Below, in pieces: positions 13,132 through 24,926 of a DNA stretch of 64,000 nucleotides. A model generated the notes under the pieces. It was not told where the DNA came from and searched no databases. It saw nothing but the letters and a program-made list of their open reading frames with translations. The first letter of the stretch is position 1; every line of letters begins with the position of its first letter. The translations under genes and the position numbers were made by a program. The DNA comes from an uncultured Chloroflexia bacterium (GTDB lineage Bacteria > Chloroflexota > Limnocylindria > Limnocylindrales > CSP1-4): NCBI GenBank assembly GCA_963776865.1, contig CAVZOG010000003.1, positions 233,269 through 297,268 on the forward strand, given 5' to 3'.

Positions 13132-14987
13132 ATGAATCCTCAACTCCAGGCGACGCTGGCCAAGCTGCCCAACAAGCCCGGCGTGTACCTGCTCAAGGAC
13201 GCACGCGGTCGCGTCCTGTACGTCGGCAAGGCGCAGAGCCTGCGCAGCCGCGTCCGCCAGTACTGGCAGCACAGTCGCGGCTCGACCCAGCAGCCGCTGC
13301 GCATCGAGCAGGCGATGGACCGCGTCAGCGACGTCGAGTACACGCTGACCGACACGGTCAGCGAGGCGCTGCTGCTCGAAGGGACGCTCATCAAGCGCCA
13401 TCAGCCGCGCTTCAACGTCCGCCTCAAGGACGACAAGAGCTACCCGTACATCAAGATCACCCTGGCCGACGACTTCCCGCGCATCGAGCGAACTCGCAAG
13501 CTGCCCAACGACGGCTCGCGCTACTTCGGGCCGTACGCGTCGGCGTCGAGCGTGGACGAGGCGATGAACCTCATCCGCCGGCTGTTTCCCTTCCGGACCT
13601 GCACGATCGACATCAAGGACGGCAAGCGCGCCCTTGCCCGGCCGTGCCTGCTGTACCACATCAAGCGCTGCCAGGGCCCGTGCATCGAGGCGATCTCGAA
13701 GGACGACTACCGCGCCGACATCGAACAGGTGATGCTCTTCCTGGAGGGCCGCCAGGAGCTCGTCGCGCGCCACCTGCGCCAGGAGATGAGCCTCGCCTCC
13801 GAGCGGCTCGACTACGAACGCGCCGCCGACCTGCGCGACAAGCTGCGTGCGGTCGAGCGGACGATGGAGAGCCAGAAGATGGCCGCCTTCGCCAAGACCG
13901 AGCTGGACGTGCTCGGCTACGCGCGGCAGGGCAACGGTGCGGCCGTGCAGCTCTTCGCCATCCGCGACGGCACGACCGTGGCGCGCGACATCTTCCTGCT
14001 CGAGAACGTCGGCGACAGCCCGGATGAGGAGGCGCTGTCGGCATTCATCAAGCAGTACTACGCGGCGACCGCGTCGATCCCGCCGCGCATCCTCATTCCG
14101 CACACTGCTCGGTGATGCCGACGAGCTGACGTTGTTCCTCGAATCGCGCCGCGGTCGCCGCGTCACGCTGTCCGTGCCGCAGCGCGGCGAGGGTCGCGCG
14201 CTGATGTCGCTCGCGGCGCGCAACGCGGCCGAGACGCTGGCGCGCGAGCAGGCGCGCTGGCTGGCCGACGAGGGCAAGACGCTCGCCGCGCTCGAGGAGC
14301 TGGCCGGAGCGCTCGGGCTGACGGCGCTGCCGATGCGCATCGAGTGCTACGACATCTCCACCATCCAGGGCACGAACACGGTCGGCAGCATGGTCGTCTT
14401 CGAGGAGGGCCGGCCGCGCAGCGGGGAGTACCGCCGCTTCCGGATCAAGACCGTCCAGGGCACCGACGACTACGCCAGCCACCGCGAGGTGCTGCGCCGC
14501 CGCTTCCACCGCGCGCTCGAGGCGGAGGAGGGGGTCGCCGAGGAGCTCCGCTGGCGCCTGCCCGATCTCGTGGTGATCGATGGCGGCCTCGGCCAGGTCA
14601 ACGCCGCGCGCGGCGTCCTCGACTCGCTCGGATTGGCCGACATGCCGGCGATCGGCCTGGCCAAGGAGCGCGAGGAGGTGTTTGCTGCCGGGCTTGCCAC
14701 AGCCACTCGTGCTGCCGGCGACGAGCCAGGCGCTCTACCTGCTGCAGCGACTGCGCGACGAGGCCCACCGGTTCGCGATCACGTATCACCGCAAGCTGCG
14801 CGCCAAGAGCGCCGTGCGATCGGCGCTCGACGAGGTCGCCGGGGTCGGCCCGACACGCAAGCGCGCGCTGCTGCGCGTGTTCGGATCGACGCGCCAGATG
14901 AAAGGCGCGACGGTCGATCAGATCGCCGCGGTGCCAGGCATCAGCCGATCGCTGGCCGAGAAGATCCACGCCGACCTGAACGGCTAG
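13132..14987 (+). CDS. uvrC: excinuclease ABC subunit C (UvrC); two frameshifts (~14095 and ~14690)
   Basis: GIY-YIG N-terminus (GVYLLKDARGRVLYVGKA). UvrC central region. C-terminal (HhH)2 GVGPTRKRALLRVFGS. Frame changes at ...IPHT/LLGDADEL and ...EEVF/LPGLPQPLVLPATSQALYLLQRLRDEAHRF. Confidence 0.9.
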
Positions 14988-15059
14988 CGCAATCGACGGC
15001 GCCGCTCAGGGAACTCACAACCGACCGATTCCGGGTCCGCTTGCTATAGTCCCGGCCGA

Positions 15060-16409
15060 ATGCGTCGTTTCCTTCCCATTCTCATCGTGGTGGTCGGCCT
15101 TGCCGCGCTCGCCATCGATTTTCTGCCCCTTGATCGGCCTCTGAGCGATCCCCCGCAGCCCATCGAAACGCGGCTCGGGCTCGACCTGCAGGGCGGTCTT
15201 CGGGGTGAGTACCGCGCACTTCCGGACAACGGCGTGGCGGTGAACGCCGAGGAGCTGGCGACGATCCGGACGATCATCGAGAACCGCATCAACCAGTACG
15301 GCGTGGCCGAGCCGATCGTGCAGACCCAGGGCGGCGACCGGATCGTGGTCGAGATCCCCGGCGTCACGAATGAGCAGGACGTGCGCGGCCTGATCGGCTC
15401 GACCGGCCGGCTCGACTTCGTCGAGGTACCGCCGGCGCGAGCCAACGAGGTCATCCCCGGCGGTCGCATCCCGGCCGATCTGGAGGTCGTCTTCTCGGGC
15501 GACAAGATCGCCTCGGCCAGCGCAGGCTTCGATCCGCAGAATCGACGCGCGGTCGACTTCGTGCTGACCGAGGAAGGCGCCCGAATCTTTGCCGACTACA
15601 CCCGGAATCACGTCGGCGAGCAGTTCGCAATCGTGCTCGATGGCATCGTCCAGTCGGCCCCCGAGATCCAGAGCGCAATCCCAAGCGGACAGGGCCAGAT
15701 CTCGGGTACGTTCACCCAGGAAGAGGTCAACGCCCTCGTCACGGTGCTGCGCTACGGCGCGCTGCCGAACGCCATCGAAGAGGTGAGCTTCAGCAAGATC
15801 AGCGCGACGCTCGGCTTCGACTTCCTGCAGCAGAGCCTCGTCGCGGCGGCGATCGGCATCGCCCTCGTCTTCGCGTTCATGCTCATGCTCTACCGACTGC
15901 CCGGCGTGATCGCCTGCATCGCGCTGATCTTCTACTCGATCCTCGTGCTGGCGATCTTCAGGATCATTCCGGTCACCCTGACGCTGGCCGGTATCGCCGC
16001 GTTCGTGCTCTCGATCGGCATGGCGGTCGACGCCAACATCCTCATCTTCGAGCGCACCAAGGAAGAGCTTCGCGCCGGTAAGACCCTGGTGTCGGCGGTC
16101 GAGGCCGGCTTCAATCGCGCCTGGAACTCGATCTTCGACTCGAACATGTCGAGCATCATCACCGCCGCGATCCTGTTCTACTTCGGCTCGGCGGTCATCC
16201 GCGGTTTCGCGCTCGTGCTGATCATCGGCGTGCTGGTTTCGATGTTCACCGCGATCACCGTCAGTCGCGAGATGATGCGCTTCATCGTCCGCCAGCAATG
16301 GGCACGGAAGGCGTCGTACTTCGGCGTCCACGAGGACGAGTTCACCATTGCCGCGCCGCGAACGAGAGGGCGTGAGGCGGAGCGAGTCTCCGAGCCAACC
16401 CATGTTTGA
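15060..16409 (+). CDS. secD: protein translocase subunit SecD
   Basis: Characteristic SecD periplasmic domain and C-terminal 6-TM bundle. Overlaps secF start. Confidence 0.9.
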   Translation: MRRFLPILIVVVGLAALAIDFLPLDRPLSDPPQPIETRLGLDLQGGLRGEYRALPDNGVAVNAEELATIRTIIENRINQYGVAEPIVQTQGGDRIVVEIPGVTNEQDVRGLIGSTGRLDFVEVPPARANEVIPGGRIPADLEVVFSGDKIASASAGFDPQNRRAVDFVLTEEGARIFADYTRNHVGEQFAIVLDGIVQSAPEIQSAIPSGQGQISGTFTQEEVNALVTVLRYGALPNAIEEVSFSKISATLGFDFLQQSLVAAAIGIALVFAFMLMLYRLPGVIACIALIFYSILVLAIFRIIPVTLTLAGIAAFVLSIGMAVDANILIFERTKEELRAGKTLVSAVEAGFNRAWNSIFDSNMSSIITAAILFYFGSAVIRGFALVLIIGVLVSMFTAITVSREMMRFIVRQQWARKASYFGVHEDEFTIAAPRTRGREAERVSEPTHV

Positions 16410-17529
16410 CATCATCGGCAAGCGGCGCTGGTTCTACGCCTTCAGCCTGCTGATCATGATCCCGGGGATCATCTTCATCCTGCTCACGCCGCTCACCGGT
16501 GGCCGATCCGGCCTGCAGTTCTCGATCGACTTCACCGGCGGCACCGTCTGGGAGGTCCACTTCGCCGACGGGACGCCGACTACGGCGGAAGTTCACGAGC
16601 TGATGACAGAGCTCGGACTGCCGGGATCTGTCGCCATCACCACTGCCGGCGACCGGGAGTACGTTCTCATCCGGACGGAGCAGATCGGCCTGGCCGAGCG
16701 TCCGTCGCCCAGCCCGTCGCCCAGCGGCTCGCCGAGTACCAGCCCATCGCCGAGCGGCTCGGCCGATCCATCGGGCTCTCCAGCGACGTCACCGAGCCCG
16801 ACGACATCGGCCGGCGCCGGCGCATCGCCGAGCCCGAGTCCGTCCTCGTCGCCGGGGCCGGCAATCGTGCTGCCGACCGAGGGCCGACTGGCCGACTTGC
16901 GTTTCGCGCTCGAGGAAGAGTTCGGCCCGATCGACGAGGTCCGCCAGGAGGCCAACATCGGCCCGGTCATCAGCGGTGAGCTGGCGCAGCAGGCGCTGGT
17001 GCTCATCATCGTTGGCTCGCTCGGCATCCTGGGCTGGATGACGTTCCGGTTCAACGATTTCCGGATGGGCATGACCGCCATCGCCGCGCTGCTCCACGAC
17101 GTCGTCGTCGTAATCGGCATCTTCGCCATCGGCGGCACCTTCTTCGGCCTGCAGATCGATGCCCTGTTCGTCACCGCCATGCTGACCGTCATCGGCTTCT
17201 CGGTCCACGACACGATCGTGGTGTTCGACCGCGTGCGAGAAAACCGCATCCGACACGCCGGCGAGCCGTTCTCGGCAATCGTCAACCACAGCCTGCTTCA
17301 GACTCTCGGCCGGTCGTTGAACACCTCGTTGACGACGGTCATGGTGCTCACAGCCCTGCTGCTGTTCGGCAGCGAGGCGACGCGCGCGTTCGTGTTCGCT
17401 ATGGTCATCGGCATCGTGTCGGGCACGTACTCGTCGATCTTCAACGCCAGCGCGCTGCTCGTGACGTGGCACGAATGGGATGAGCGGCGGCGCCACGAGC
17501 GCGACCTCGTCCCGGCTCGGAGTCGCTAG
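16402..17529 (+). CDS. secF: protein translocase subunit SecF (with S/P-rich low-complexity insert in periplasmic domain)
   Basis: MFDIIGKRRWFYAFSLL... and SecF TM bundle (GFSVHDTIVVFDRVREN). 8-nt overlap with secD. Confidence 0.9.
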   Translation: MFDIIGKRRWFYAFSLLIMIPGIIFILLTPLTGGRSGLQFSIDFTGGTVWEVHFADGTPTTAEVHELMTELGLPGSVAITTAGDREYVLIRTEQIGLAERPSPSPSPSGSPSTSPSPSGSADPSGSPATSPSPTTSAGAGASPSPSPSSSPGPAIVLPTEGRLADLRFALEEEFGPIDEVRQEANIGPVISGELAQQALVLIIVGSLGILGWMTFRFNDFRMGMTAIAALLHDVVVVIGIFAIGGTFFGLQIDALFVTAMLTVIGFSVHDTIVVFDRVRENRIRHAGEPFSAIVNHSLLQTLGRSLNTSLTTVMVLTALLLFGSEATRAFVFAMVIGIVSGTYSSIFNASALLVTWHEWDERRRHERDLVPARSR

Positions 17530-17535
17530 CAACCA

Positions 17536-18363
17536 GTGACCTACCTCGAGCGGCTCACCGCCCGCGTCGAGGAAGTCGGCAATTGCCTTTGCGTTGGCCT
17601 TGATCCTGAACCCGGGTCGTTGCCGGCCGGCTACACAGCGGACGTGGCCGGGATCGAGCGTTTCGGCGGCCTGATCATCGACGCGGCGCTCGAGCGCGCC
17701 GCCGCAATCAAGGCCAATATCGCCTTCTTCGAGGCGTTCGGAAGTGCCGGTATCGGCGCGCTCGAGCGGCTCCGGGCACGCATCCCGGCAAGCGTCCCCT
17801 TCATCGCCGATGCCAAGCGCGGCGACATCGGCACCACCGCCGTGCGACAGGTAGTGGCGCTCTTCGACGCGCTCGGCGCGGACGCAGTTACGGTCAATCC
17901 CTACCTCGGCCGCGACGCCGTGGCGCCGTTCCTCGAGCGTGACGACCGATTCGTGTACGTCCTGTGCCGCACGTCGAACCCTGGCGCGGCCGAGGTCCAG
18001 AACCTCGACCTGAGCGGCGAGCCGCTTTATGTGCACGTCGCGCGCAGGGTCCGCGAGTGGGCCGGCGAGACGGCCAATGCCGGACTCGTCGTCGGCGCAA
18101 CGGCGCCGGACGAGCTCGTCCGCATTCGCGAGTCGGCGCCGGATCTGCCCTTCCTTGTGCCCGGCATCGGTGCCCAGGGTGGCGACGTGCAGGCCGTGCT
18201 GACAAGCGGCCCGGTCACGGCGGGCATCGCCCGTGACAGAAAAGGTGGCGCGCTGCTGGTCAACGTTTCACGAGGAGTCGCCGGCGCTGCCGCCCTATCC
18301 GACGATCCTGAGGTGGCCCTGCGCCAGTCCGTCGCTCACTGGGCAGACGTGCTCCGGTGCTAG
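17536..18363 (+). CDS. pyrF: orotidine-5'-phosphate decarboxylase (type 2)
   Basis: LCVGLDP, ADAKRGDIGTT and LVPGIGAQGG motifs. GTG start. Confidence 0.85.
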   Translation: MTYLERLTARVEEVGNCLCVGLDPEPGSLPAGYTADVAGIERFGGLIIDAALERAAAIKANIAFFEAFGSAGIGALERLRARIPASVPFIADAKRGDIGTTAVRQVVALFDALGADAVTVNPYLGRDAVAPFLERDDRFVYVLCRTSNPGAAEVQNLDLSGEPLYVHVARRVREWAGETANAGLVVGATAPDELVRIRESAPDLPFLVPGIGAQGGDVQAVLTSGPVTAGIARDRKGGALLVNVSRGVAGAAALSDDPEVALRQSVAHWADVLRC

Positions 18364-18372
18364 GATGGCCGC

Positions 18373-18630
18373 ATGCCTTTCAACATCGGGCCGTTCGAGC
18401 TTCTGCTGGTGTTGATCCTGGCCCTGCTGATCCTCGGCCCGGGCAAGCTGCCGGAGGTCGGTAGCGCTCTCGGCCGCACGATCCGTGAGTTCCGCAAGGC
18501 CTCGACCGACGTTGAGGACTCGCTGCGCGTCGATGCGACGCCGACCAAGGCCGATGCGGCCACAGCCGCCCGCCCGGTGACTTCTGCGGCCGACACGGCC
18601 GACGCCACCGAGGACCGCGCAGCCTCCTGA
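18373..18630 (+). CDS. tatA: twin-arginine translocase subunit TatA/E
   Basis: MPFNIGPFELLLVLILALLILGPGKLPE... is the canonical TatA. Confidence 0.9.
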   Translation: MPFNIGPFELLLVLILALLILGPGKLPEVGSALGRTIREFRKASTDVEDSLRVDATPTKADAATAARPVTSAADTADATEDRAAS

Positions 18631-18681
18631 CTGACACTCTCGGCGTGGACAGGCCGTCCGCGCTGCCTGCCCGACCCACCG

Positions 18682-19435
18682 ATGAGCGCCGAGCCCGAGA
18701 CCCCGCTCGCTGTCGATCCGGTGATGACGTTGACCGAGCACCTGAGCGAGCTGCGGCTGCGCATCTTCATCGGACTGCTCGCGATCGGCATCGGAACTGC
18801 CGTTGGCTGGATTCTCGCGCCGGCCGCGATCAACCTGCTCAAGGCGCCGATCGCCGGTCCGCTCGTCTTCACCGCGCCGAGCGGCGCATTCTTCCTGCAG
18901 CTCAAGCTGGCGTTGATGATCGGCGTCGCGCTCGCGTCGCCGGTCGTGCTGTACGAGCTGTGGGCGTTCGTGTCGCCCGGTCTGACACCGCACGAACGCC
19001 GCGTGGCGCGACCCTGGGTGCCGATGGCGCTCGTGTTCCTGGTCCTCGGCATCGGCGTGGCGTACCTGATCCTGCCGGCGACCGTCGGATTCCTGCTCGG
19101 CTTCGCGATCCCCGGAGTCGTCGAGCCGCTGATCACGGTCGACGCCTACTTCGGTTTCGTGACCACGATGTTCATCGCCTTCGGCCTCGTGATGCAGTTT
19201 CCGATCGTGATCGTGCTGCTGAGCAAGGTCGGACTGGTCAACGCCGACCGGCTGCGCCGCGGCCGGCGTTACGTCATCGTGGCCATATTCGCGGTTGCCG
19301 TCGTGGTTACACCCGGCGGCGACCCGTTCAGTCCGGTGATCATTGGCAGTCGTCATGTACCCGCTGTACGAGTTCACGATCTGGCTGGTGAGCCGATCAG
19401 AGCGTCGCTCTGGCCGCTCGATTACGGCATCCTGA
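18682..19435 (+). CDS. tatC: twin-arginine translocase subunit TatC; frameshift ~19350-19360
   Basis: TatC 6-TM sequence. C-terminal tail ...VVMYPLYEFTIWLVSRSERR is recovered in the +1 frame. Confidence 0.85.
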
Positions 19436-19441
19436 CAGCTG

Positions 19442-20331
19442 ATGTCGACCACGCCTCCGCCACGACCCCACGTAGCGATCATCAGCGGCCTGTCGGGAGC
19501 CGGCAAGACGGCGGCCAGCAAGCTGCTCGAGGACCTCGGCTACCGCGTCGTCGACAACCTGCCGGCAGAGCTGCTGCGCGACCTGGCCAGCTCGTCGTGC
19601 GCGACCCGAGCCGCTATCGAGCGAGTGGCGCTCGTGCTCGACGCGCGTGCCGGTGATGCGCCGGTGGCCTTCCGCGAAGCGCTGTCGTCGCTCGAGAGCC
19701 GCGGCATCAGCCCGCAGGTGTTCTACCTCGAGGCGCGCGACGACGTGCTCATCCGCCGCTTCAGCGAGACGCGTCACCGCCACCCGCTCGACAGCGACGA
19801 CCAGGGCGTGGCGGCGTCCATCGCCCGCGAGCGAGAGCTGCTGGCCGAGATCCGCGCCCAGGCGGACGTGATCATCGACACCTCCGAGCTGTCCGGGCGG
19901 CGAGCTGCGCGAGCGCCTGTACGGCGCCATCAACACGCCGCCCACGGGCAGTGGGATTGCGCTGCAGCTGGTCAGCTTTGGCTTCAAGAACGGCATCCCG
20001 CTCGAGGCCGACGTCGTGTTCGACGTGCCGCTTCATGGAGAACCCGTTCTACATCGACCGACTCAGGCCGCTGAACGGCATGGATGCCGACGTCCGCGAG
20101 TTCGTCCTTGGGCAGCCGATCACCAGCCAGTTCCTGGACCAGGTCCACGACATGCTCGTCCTGGCGCTTCCCGGCTATGAGTCCGAGGGTCGCGGCCGCT
20201 TGACGGTCGCTTTCGGCTGCACCGGCGGGCAGCATCGCTCGATCGCCATCGCCGAGGAGGTCGCCGCGCGCTGGCGAGCCGAGAATCGCGGCGCGGTCAG
20301 CGTCTGGCATCGCGAGCTGGAACAGGCGTGA
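19442..20331 (+). CDS. rapZ: RNase adapter protein RapZ (YvcJ/YhbJ P-loop ATPase); two frameshifts (~19890, ~20030)
   Basis: Walker A IISGLSGAGKTAA. C-terminal ...FGCTGGQHRSIAIAEEVA in a third frame. Confidence 0.85.
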
Positions 20332-21732
20332 ACGGGACCGGTAACGGGAACGGCGACCGGCTACGGAGCCGCGAACGGAGGCGGCGATGCCTCGCGTGTC
20401 GATGCCCAGCTGCGCCGGAGCGAGCGCAACCGTGCCCTGCGCCTATGGCTGCGCCCGGGGATCGGGATCAAGCGCTGGCTGGTGGTCGCCTTCTTCGGCC
20501 AGCTTCTGATCGCGCTGGCCGTGGCGCTTCTGCTCCAGGCCACGTTCGGCAGTGCTCCTGCCGTGGATGCGCCTACCGTCGGTCACAGCGCCGACGCTGC
20601 AGCTCGAGCTGCTCGTCTTCATCCTGTTCACAGTCGGTCTGGCGATCTTCGCCTACGGAGCGTGGCGCCTCCTGCGCGCGCTCGTCGAGCCCTACCAGGT
20701 CCGCCAGGAGCCGCTGGGCGAGCTGCTCTACCAGCGTCGGTTGCGCGCGCGCGGCCCGCGCGTCGTGGCCATCGGCGGCGGCACCGGGCTGTCGGTCCTG
20801 CTGCGCGGCCTCAAGGAGCAGACCAGCAACATCACCGCGGTCGTCACCGTGGCCGACGATGGCGGATCGTCGGGCAAGCTGCGCGACGAGATGGGCATGC
20901 CGCCGATGGGCGACATCCGCAACTGCATCGCTGCCCTGGCCGACGCCGAGCCGGCGATGAACAGCCTGCTGCAATACCGATTTCCAGCCTCGGACGGTCC
21001 AGAATTCGAGCTTCGCCGGCCACGCCTTCGGCAATCTGCTGATCGCCGCGCTCGACCGAGCGTCACGGGCGACTTCGAGGAGGGCGTCCGCCAATCCAAC
21101 CGCGTTCTCGCCGTACGCGGCAGCGTCGTTCCCGTGGCCGGCCAGCCGATCACCCTGCACGCCGAGCTCGGCGATGGCAGCATCCTCGAGGGCCAGTCGC
21201 GCATCGCCAGGCGCGCGGCCAATTCGGAGGGTGTGGATCACGCCCGACGGCATCGCGCCCTCGGAGGAGGCACTCGACGCCATCGCCAACGCCGATCTCG
21301 TCGTGATCGGCCCGGGCAGCGTGTACACCAGCCTGCTGCCACCGCTGCTCGTGCCCGGCATGCGCGATGCGCTGCGCAGGACGGGCGCGCGCGCGCCTGT
21401 TCGTGTGCAACGTTGCCACGCAGGTCGGCGAGTCCGAGGGGTTCAGCGTGTCCGACCACCTTGCCGCTCTGTCGGCGCACGGTCTGGGCGACGTGATCGA
21501 CGGTGTGCTGGTCAACGACAACTTCAAGGCGCGCGAGCCGGCGAACTACCCGGCCGCGCCGGTCGTCGTCGACGTGTCGCTGAGCAGCGCCGACGGGCCG
21601 CCGATCTTCGCGCGCGACGTCGTCGACGATGACAACGCCCACCACCACGACCCACGCAAGCTGGCGAGCGCGATCTTCGCGCTGCACGACGAACGGGTGC
21701 TCAGCCGGCGCGAGCAGGTGGCGGTCAGCTGA
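20328..21732 (+). CDS. yvcK: gluconeogenesis factor YvcK/CuvA (UPF0052, CofD-like); at least five frameshifts
   Basis: VVAIGGGTGLS...VADDGGSSGKLR...MPPMGDIRNCIAAL, HAFGNLLIAAL, VWITPDG...DLVVIGPGSVYTSLLP and VATQVGESEGFSV segments are spread over three frames. Confidence 0.8.
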
Positions 21733-22567
21733 CAGAGGCGCCCAGCCGGCGAACACCGCTCGGAGCTGCGCAGCGCGATCTGGTCGCGGCAGTCCGCGCC
21801 GAGCTGGCCGCGATCGAGCCGGCGCGCCAGTGCTGCCGCATCGCCGAGCGCGCCGGGCTTGGGCGCGGCAGGGAAGGGCAGGGCTCGAACGCCGACCGTC
21901 GGCCGGCTCGCGGTGCGACTCGACGATGCCGCCGCTCCGGACGAAGTCGAGGCGTTCGACTGGCGCCCGGCGGCGGCCCACTGCCGGATCGCCTACCTGC
22001 GCGGCGCCGTGCTGGCCCATGGCTCGCTGAGCGTCGCCGCGGCCGGCTCGCATCTCGAGCTCGTCGTGCCGGTCGACGAGCTCGAATCGCACGCTGAGCT
22101 GGCCGTGGCCGTCGGTCATCCGGCCGGCCTGCGCATCCGTCGCGGCCGCGGCGTGCTGACGTGGAAGAACTCCGAGTCGATCGTCGGCCTGCTGCGCCGC
22201 CTTGGGGCGTCGGCATCCACGCTGGAGCTCGAGTCGCGGCTCGTTGGTCGCGCCGTGCACGGCCATCTCAACCGGGTCGTCAACGCCGAGCACGCAAACC
22301 TGCGCCGTGCGGTCGCCGCGGCCCATCGACAGCTGAACGATATCGACGCGCTCGACGGACGTGGCGAGCTGGCGCGGCTACCCAAGCCGCGTCCGCCGCG
22401 TGGCCGAGGCGCGGCGCCGCGCTCCCGAAGCGACGCTCGCCGAGCTTGCCGCTGACCTCGATCTGTCGCGCAGCCAGGTGCAGCGCGCATTCCAGACGAT
22501 CGAGAGCGCGGCGCTCCATGGCGGCGAGGATGACGCCGGCCCGGACAGCACGGCTCGCCCGACATGA
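21733..22567 (+). CDS. whiA: sporulation/cell-division regulator WhiA; multiple frameshifts, start codon not identifiable
   Basis: VRAELAAIEPARQCCRIAE (WhiA N-terminal CC motif), LAGLID-like middle segments, and C-terminal HTH ...APEATLAELAADLDLSRSQVQRAF. Confidence 0.7.
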
Positions 22568-22573
22568 GGAGCT

Positions 22574-23363
22574 GATGGCCATCTCGCGACCGGTGATCGT
22601 CGCCGGAAATTGGAAGATGAACAGCACGCCCGACGCGCCGCTTCGCTGGCCGCCGCGATCGCGCAGGCCACGGAGGTCAGCGGCGTCACGCGCGTGCTCT
22701 GCCCGCCTTTCGTGTGCCTGGCAACGGTGCGCGACGCGCTGGCCGGCACGGACGTGGAGATCGGCGCCCAGAACGTCCATTGGGAGGCGGCCGGCGCCTA
22801 CACCGGCGAGATCTCGGCCCAGATGCTGGTCGGGCTGGCGACCTGGGCGATCGTCGGCCACTCGGAGCGGCGCCGCGATCAGGCCGAGGACGACGTGCAG
22901 ATCGGGCGCAAGCTCGTGCGCTGCATCGAGAGTCGGCATTCGGCCCATCCTGTGTGTCGGCGAGCAGCTCGCCGAACGCGAGTCGGGACGCGCCGAGTCC
23001 ACCGTGCGAGGCCAGCTCGAGGCGACTATCGCGGAGGTCAAGCGCCTCGGCTCCGAGCTGCCGGCCGACCTCGTCATCGCCTATGAGCCTGTCTGGGCGA
23101 TCGGCACCGGCCTGACGGCGCGTGGCAGCGACGCGGCCGCGATGGCCCAGCACATCCGGATGACGCTGACGACTGCCGGAGCAGCGGCAGACGACGTGCC
23201 GATCCTGTACGGCGGCAGCGTCACATCGGCCGCTATCGACGAGTTCCTGGCCGAGCCCGACATTGACGGCGCTCTCGTCGGCGGGGCGAGCCTGAAGGTC
23301 GACGAGATGGCCGGCATCGTCGCTCGCGCCGGTCTGACCGCGGCCGCCCGCCAAGCGGCGTGA
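22574..23363 (+). CDS. tpiA: triosephosphate isomerase; two frameshifts (~22640, ~22930)
   Basis: RPVIVAGNWKMN, AIVGHSERR, ILCVGE, IAYEPVWAIGTG and ILYGGSV motifs across three frames. GAGGAG RBS. Confidence 0.85.
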
Positions 23364-24898
23364 GTCGCCCGCGCCCGATCGTCCTCGTCGTTCTCGATGG
23401 CTTCGGCGTCGGGACTCGACCGCTCGACGACGCCATAGCCAACGCCAGGATGCCCGCCTGGCGCGCGCTGCTCAACGAGTGGCCCCACTCGCTTCTCGAG
23501 GCTTCAGGCGCAGCCGTCGGGTTGCCGCCAGGTCAGATGGGCAACAGCGAGGTCGGCCACCTCAACCTCGGCGCCGGGCGGCCGGTCGTGCAGGACCTGC
23601 CGCGCATCGACGCCGCGATCGCCGACGGATCGTTTGCCGTCAATCCGGCCCTGCAACAAGGCGGTCGCACGGGCAGCAGCGGGACATCGACTCCACCTCG
23701 TCGGCCTGCTCGGACCCGGTGGCGTCCACTCGGTCGACCGGCACGCCGTCGAGATCGCGCGCATGGCCCGGCTGGCCGGGGCCGCTGACGTCGTGGTCCA
23801 CGGACTGCTCGACGGCCGCGACACGCCGCCGCGCTCGGCGGACGTCTTCGTTCCTGATTTCGAGACCCGATTGGACGAAGCGCATCCGGGTGCACGCATC
23901 GCCACCATCGGCGGGCGCTACTACGGCATGGACCGCGATCGGCGCTGGGAGCGTGTCCAGCGCGCGTACGACGCGATCGTGCTCGGCCGTGGCCTTCAGC
24001 GCGTCGAGTGCCGCGGCAGCCGTCGCCGACGGCTACGCCCGCGGCGAGAACGACGAGTTCGTCCAGCCGACCGTGATCGACGGCGTCGACGGAACGGTCC
24101 GCGACGGCGACGTGGTGATCCACTTCAACTTCCGCGCCGATCGCGCGCGCCAGCTGACCCACGCCCTGGTCGACGGCGACGAGTTCGACGGCCAGGCATT
24201 CGACCGCGGCAAGCGGCCCCGAGATCTGCACGTCGTGACGATGGCCGATTACGAGGCCGGTTTGCCCGTTGCGGTCGCATTTCCGCCGCTGACGGTGACC
24301 AGCCTGGCCGAGATCTTCGCCGGCCTGGGCTGGCGCCAATTCCACGTGGCCGAGACAGAGAAGTACGCCCACGTCACCTATTTCTTCAACGGCGGCATCG
24401 AACCGCCCTTCCCGCACGAGGAGCGGCTCCTGGTGTCCGAGCCCGAGTGTGGCGACCTACGACCTCCAGCCAGAGATGAGCGCGGATGGAGTGACAGGCG
24501 GGCTGATCGACGCCATCACCAGCGACCGCTACGACTTCATCGTCGCCAACTTCGCCAATCCCGACATGGTCGGCCACAGCGGTATGTGGGACGCGGCGGT
24601 TTCGGCTGTCGAGTTCGTGGACGGATGCATCGCCCGGATCACCGCCGCGATGCCCGCCGGACGGTCTGCTGTGCATCACCGCCGACCACGGCAATGCCGA
24701 CGAGATGCGCGACGTGAACGGCAACCCGATGACCGCGCATTCGCTCAATCCGGTGCCGGTCGTGCTGATCGGCGACACCGTCCGCGGCCGAGTGTTGCGC
24801 GATGGCGTTCTGGCCGACGTCGGCGCCGACGCTGCTCGAGCTCGCGGGCCTGCCGCCGGCGGAGGGCATGACCGGCGACGAGCCTGCTCATCGGCTGA
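23360..24898 (+). CDS. gpmI: 2,3-bisphosphoglycerate-independent phosphoglycerate mutase (iPGM); about five frameshifts
   Basis: [10 protein letters not shown]...[17 protein letters not shown]; [13 protein letters not shown]; [18 protein letters not shown]; [13 protein letters not shown]; [12 protein letters not shown]; C-terminus ...TGTSLLIG in the shifted frame. Confidence 0.85.
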
Positions 24899-24926
24899 AC
24901 CTGACTTCCCTGCTATCCTCCCGGCC

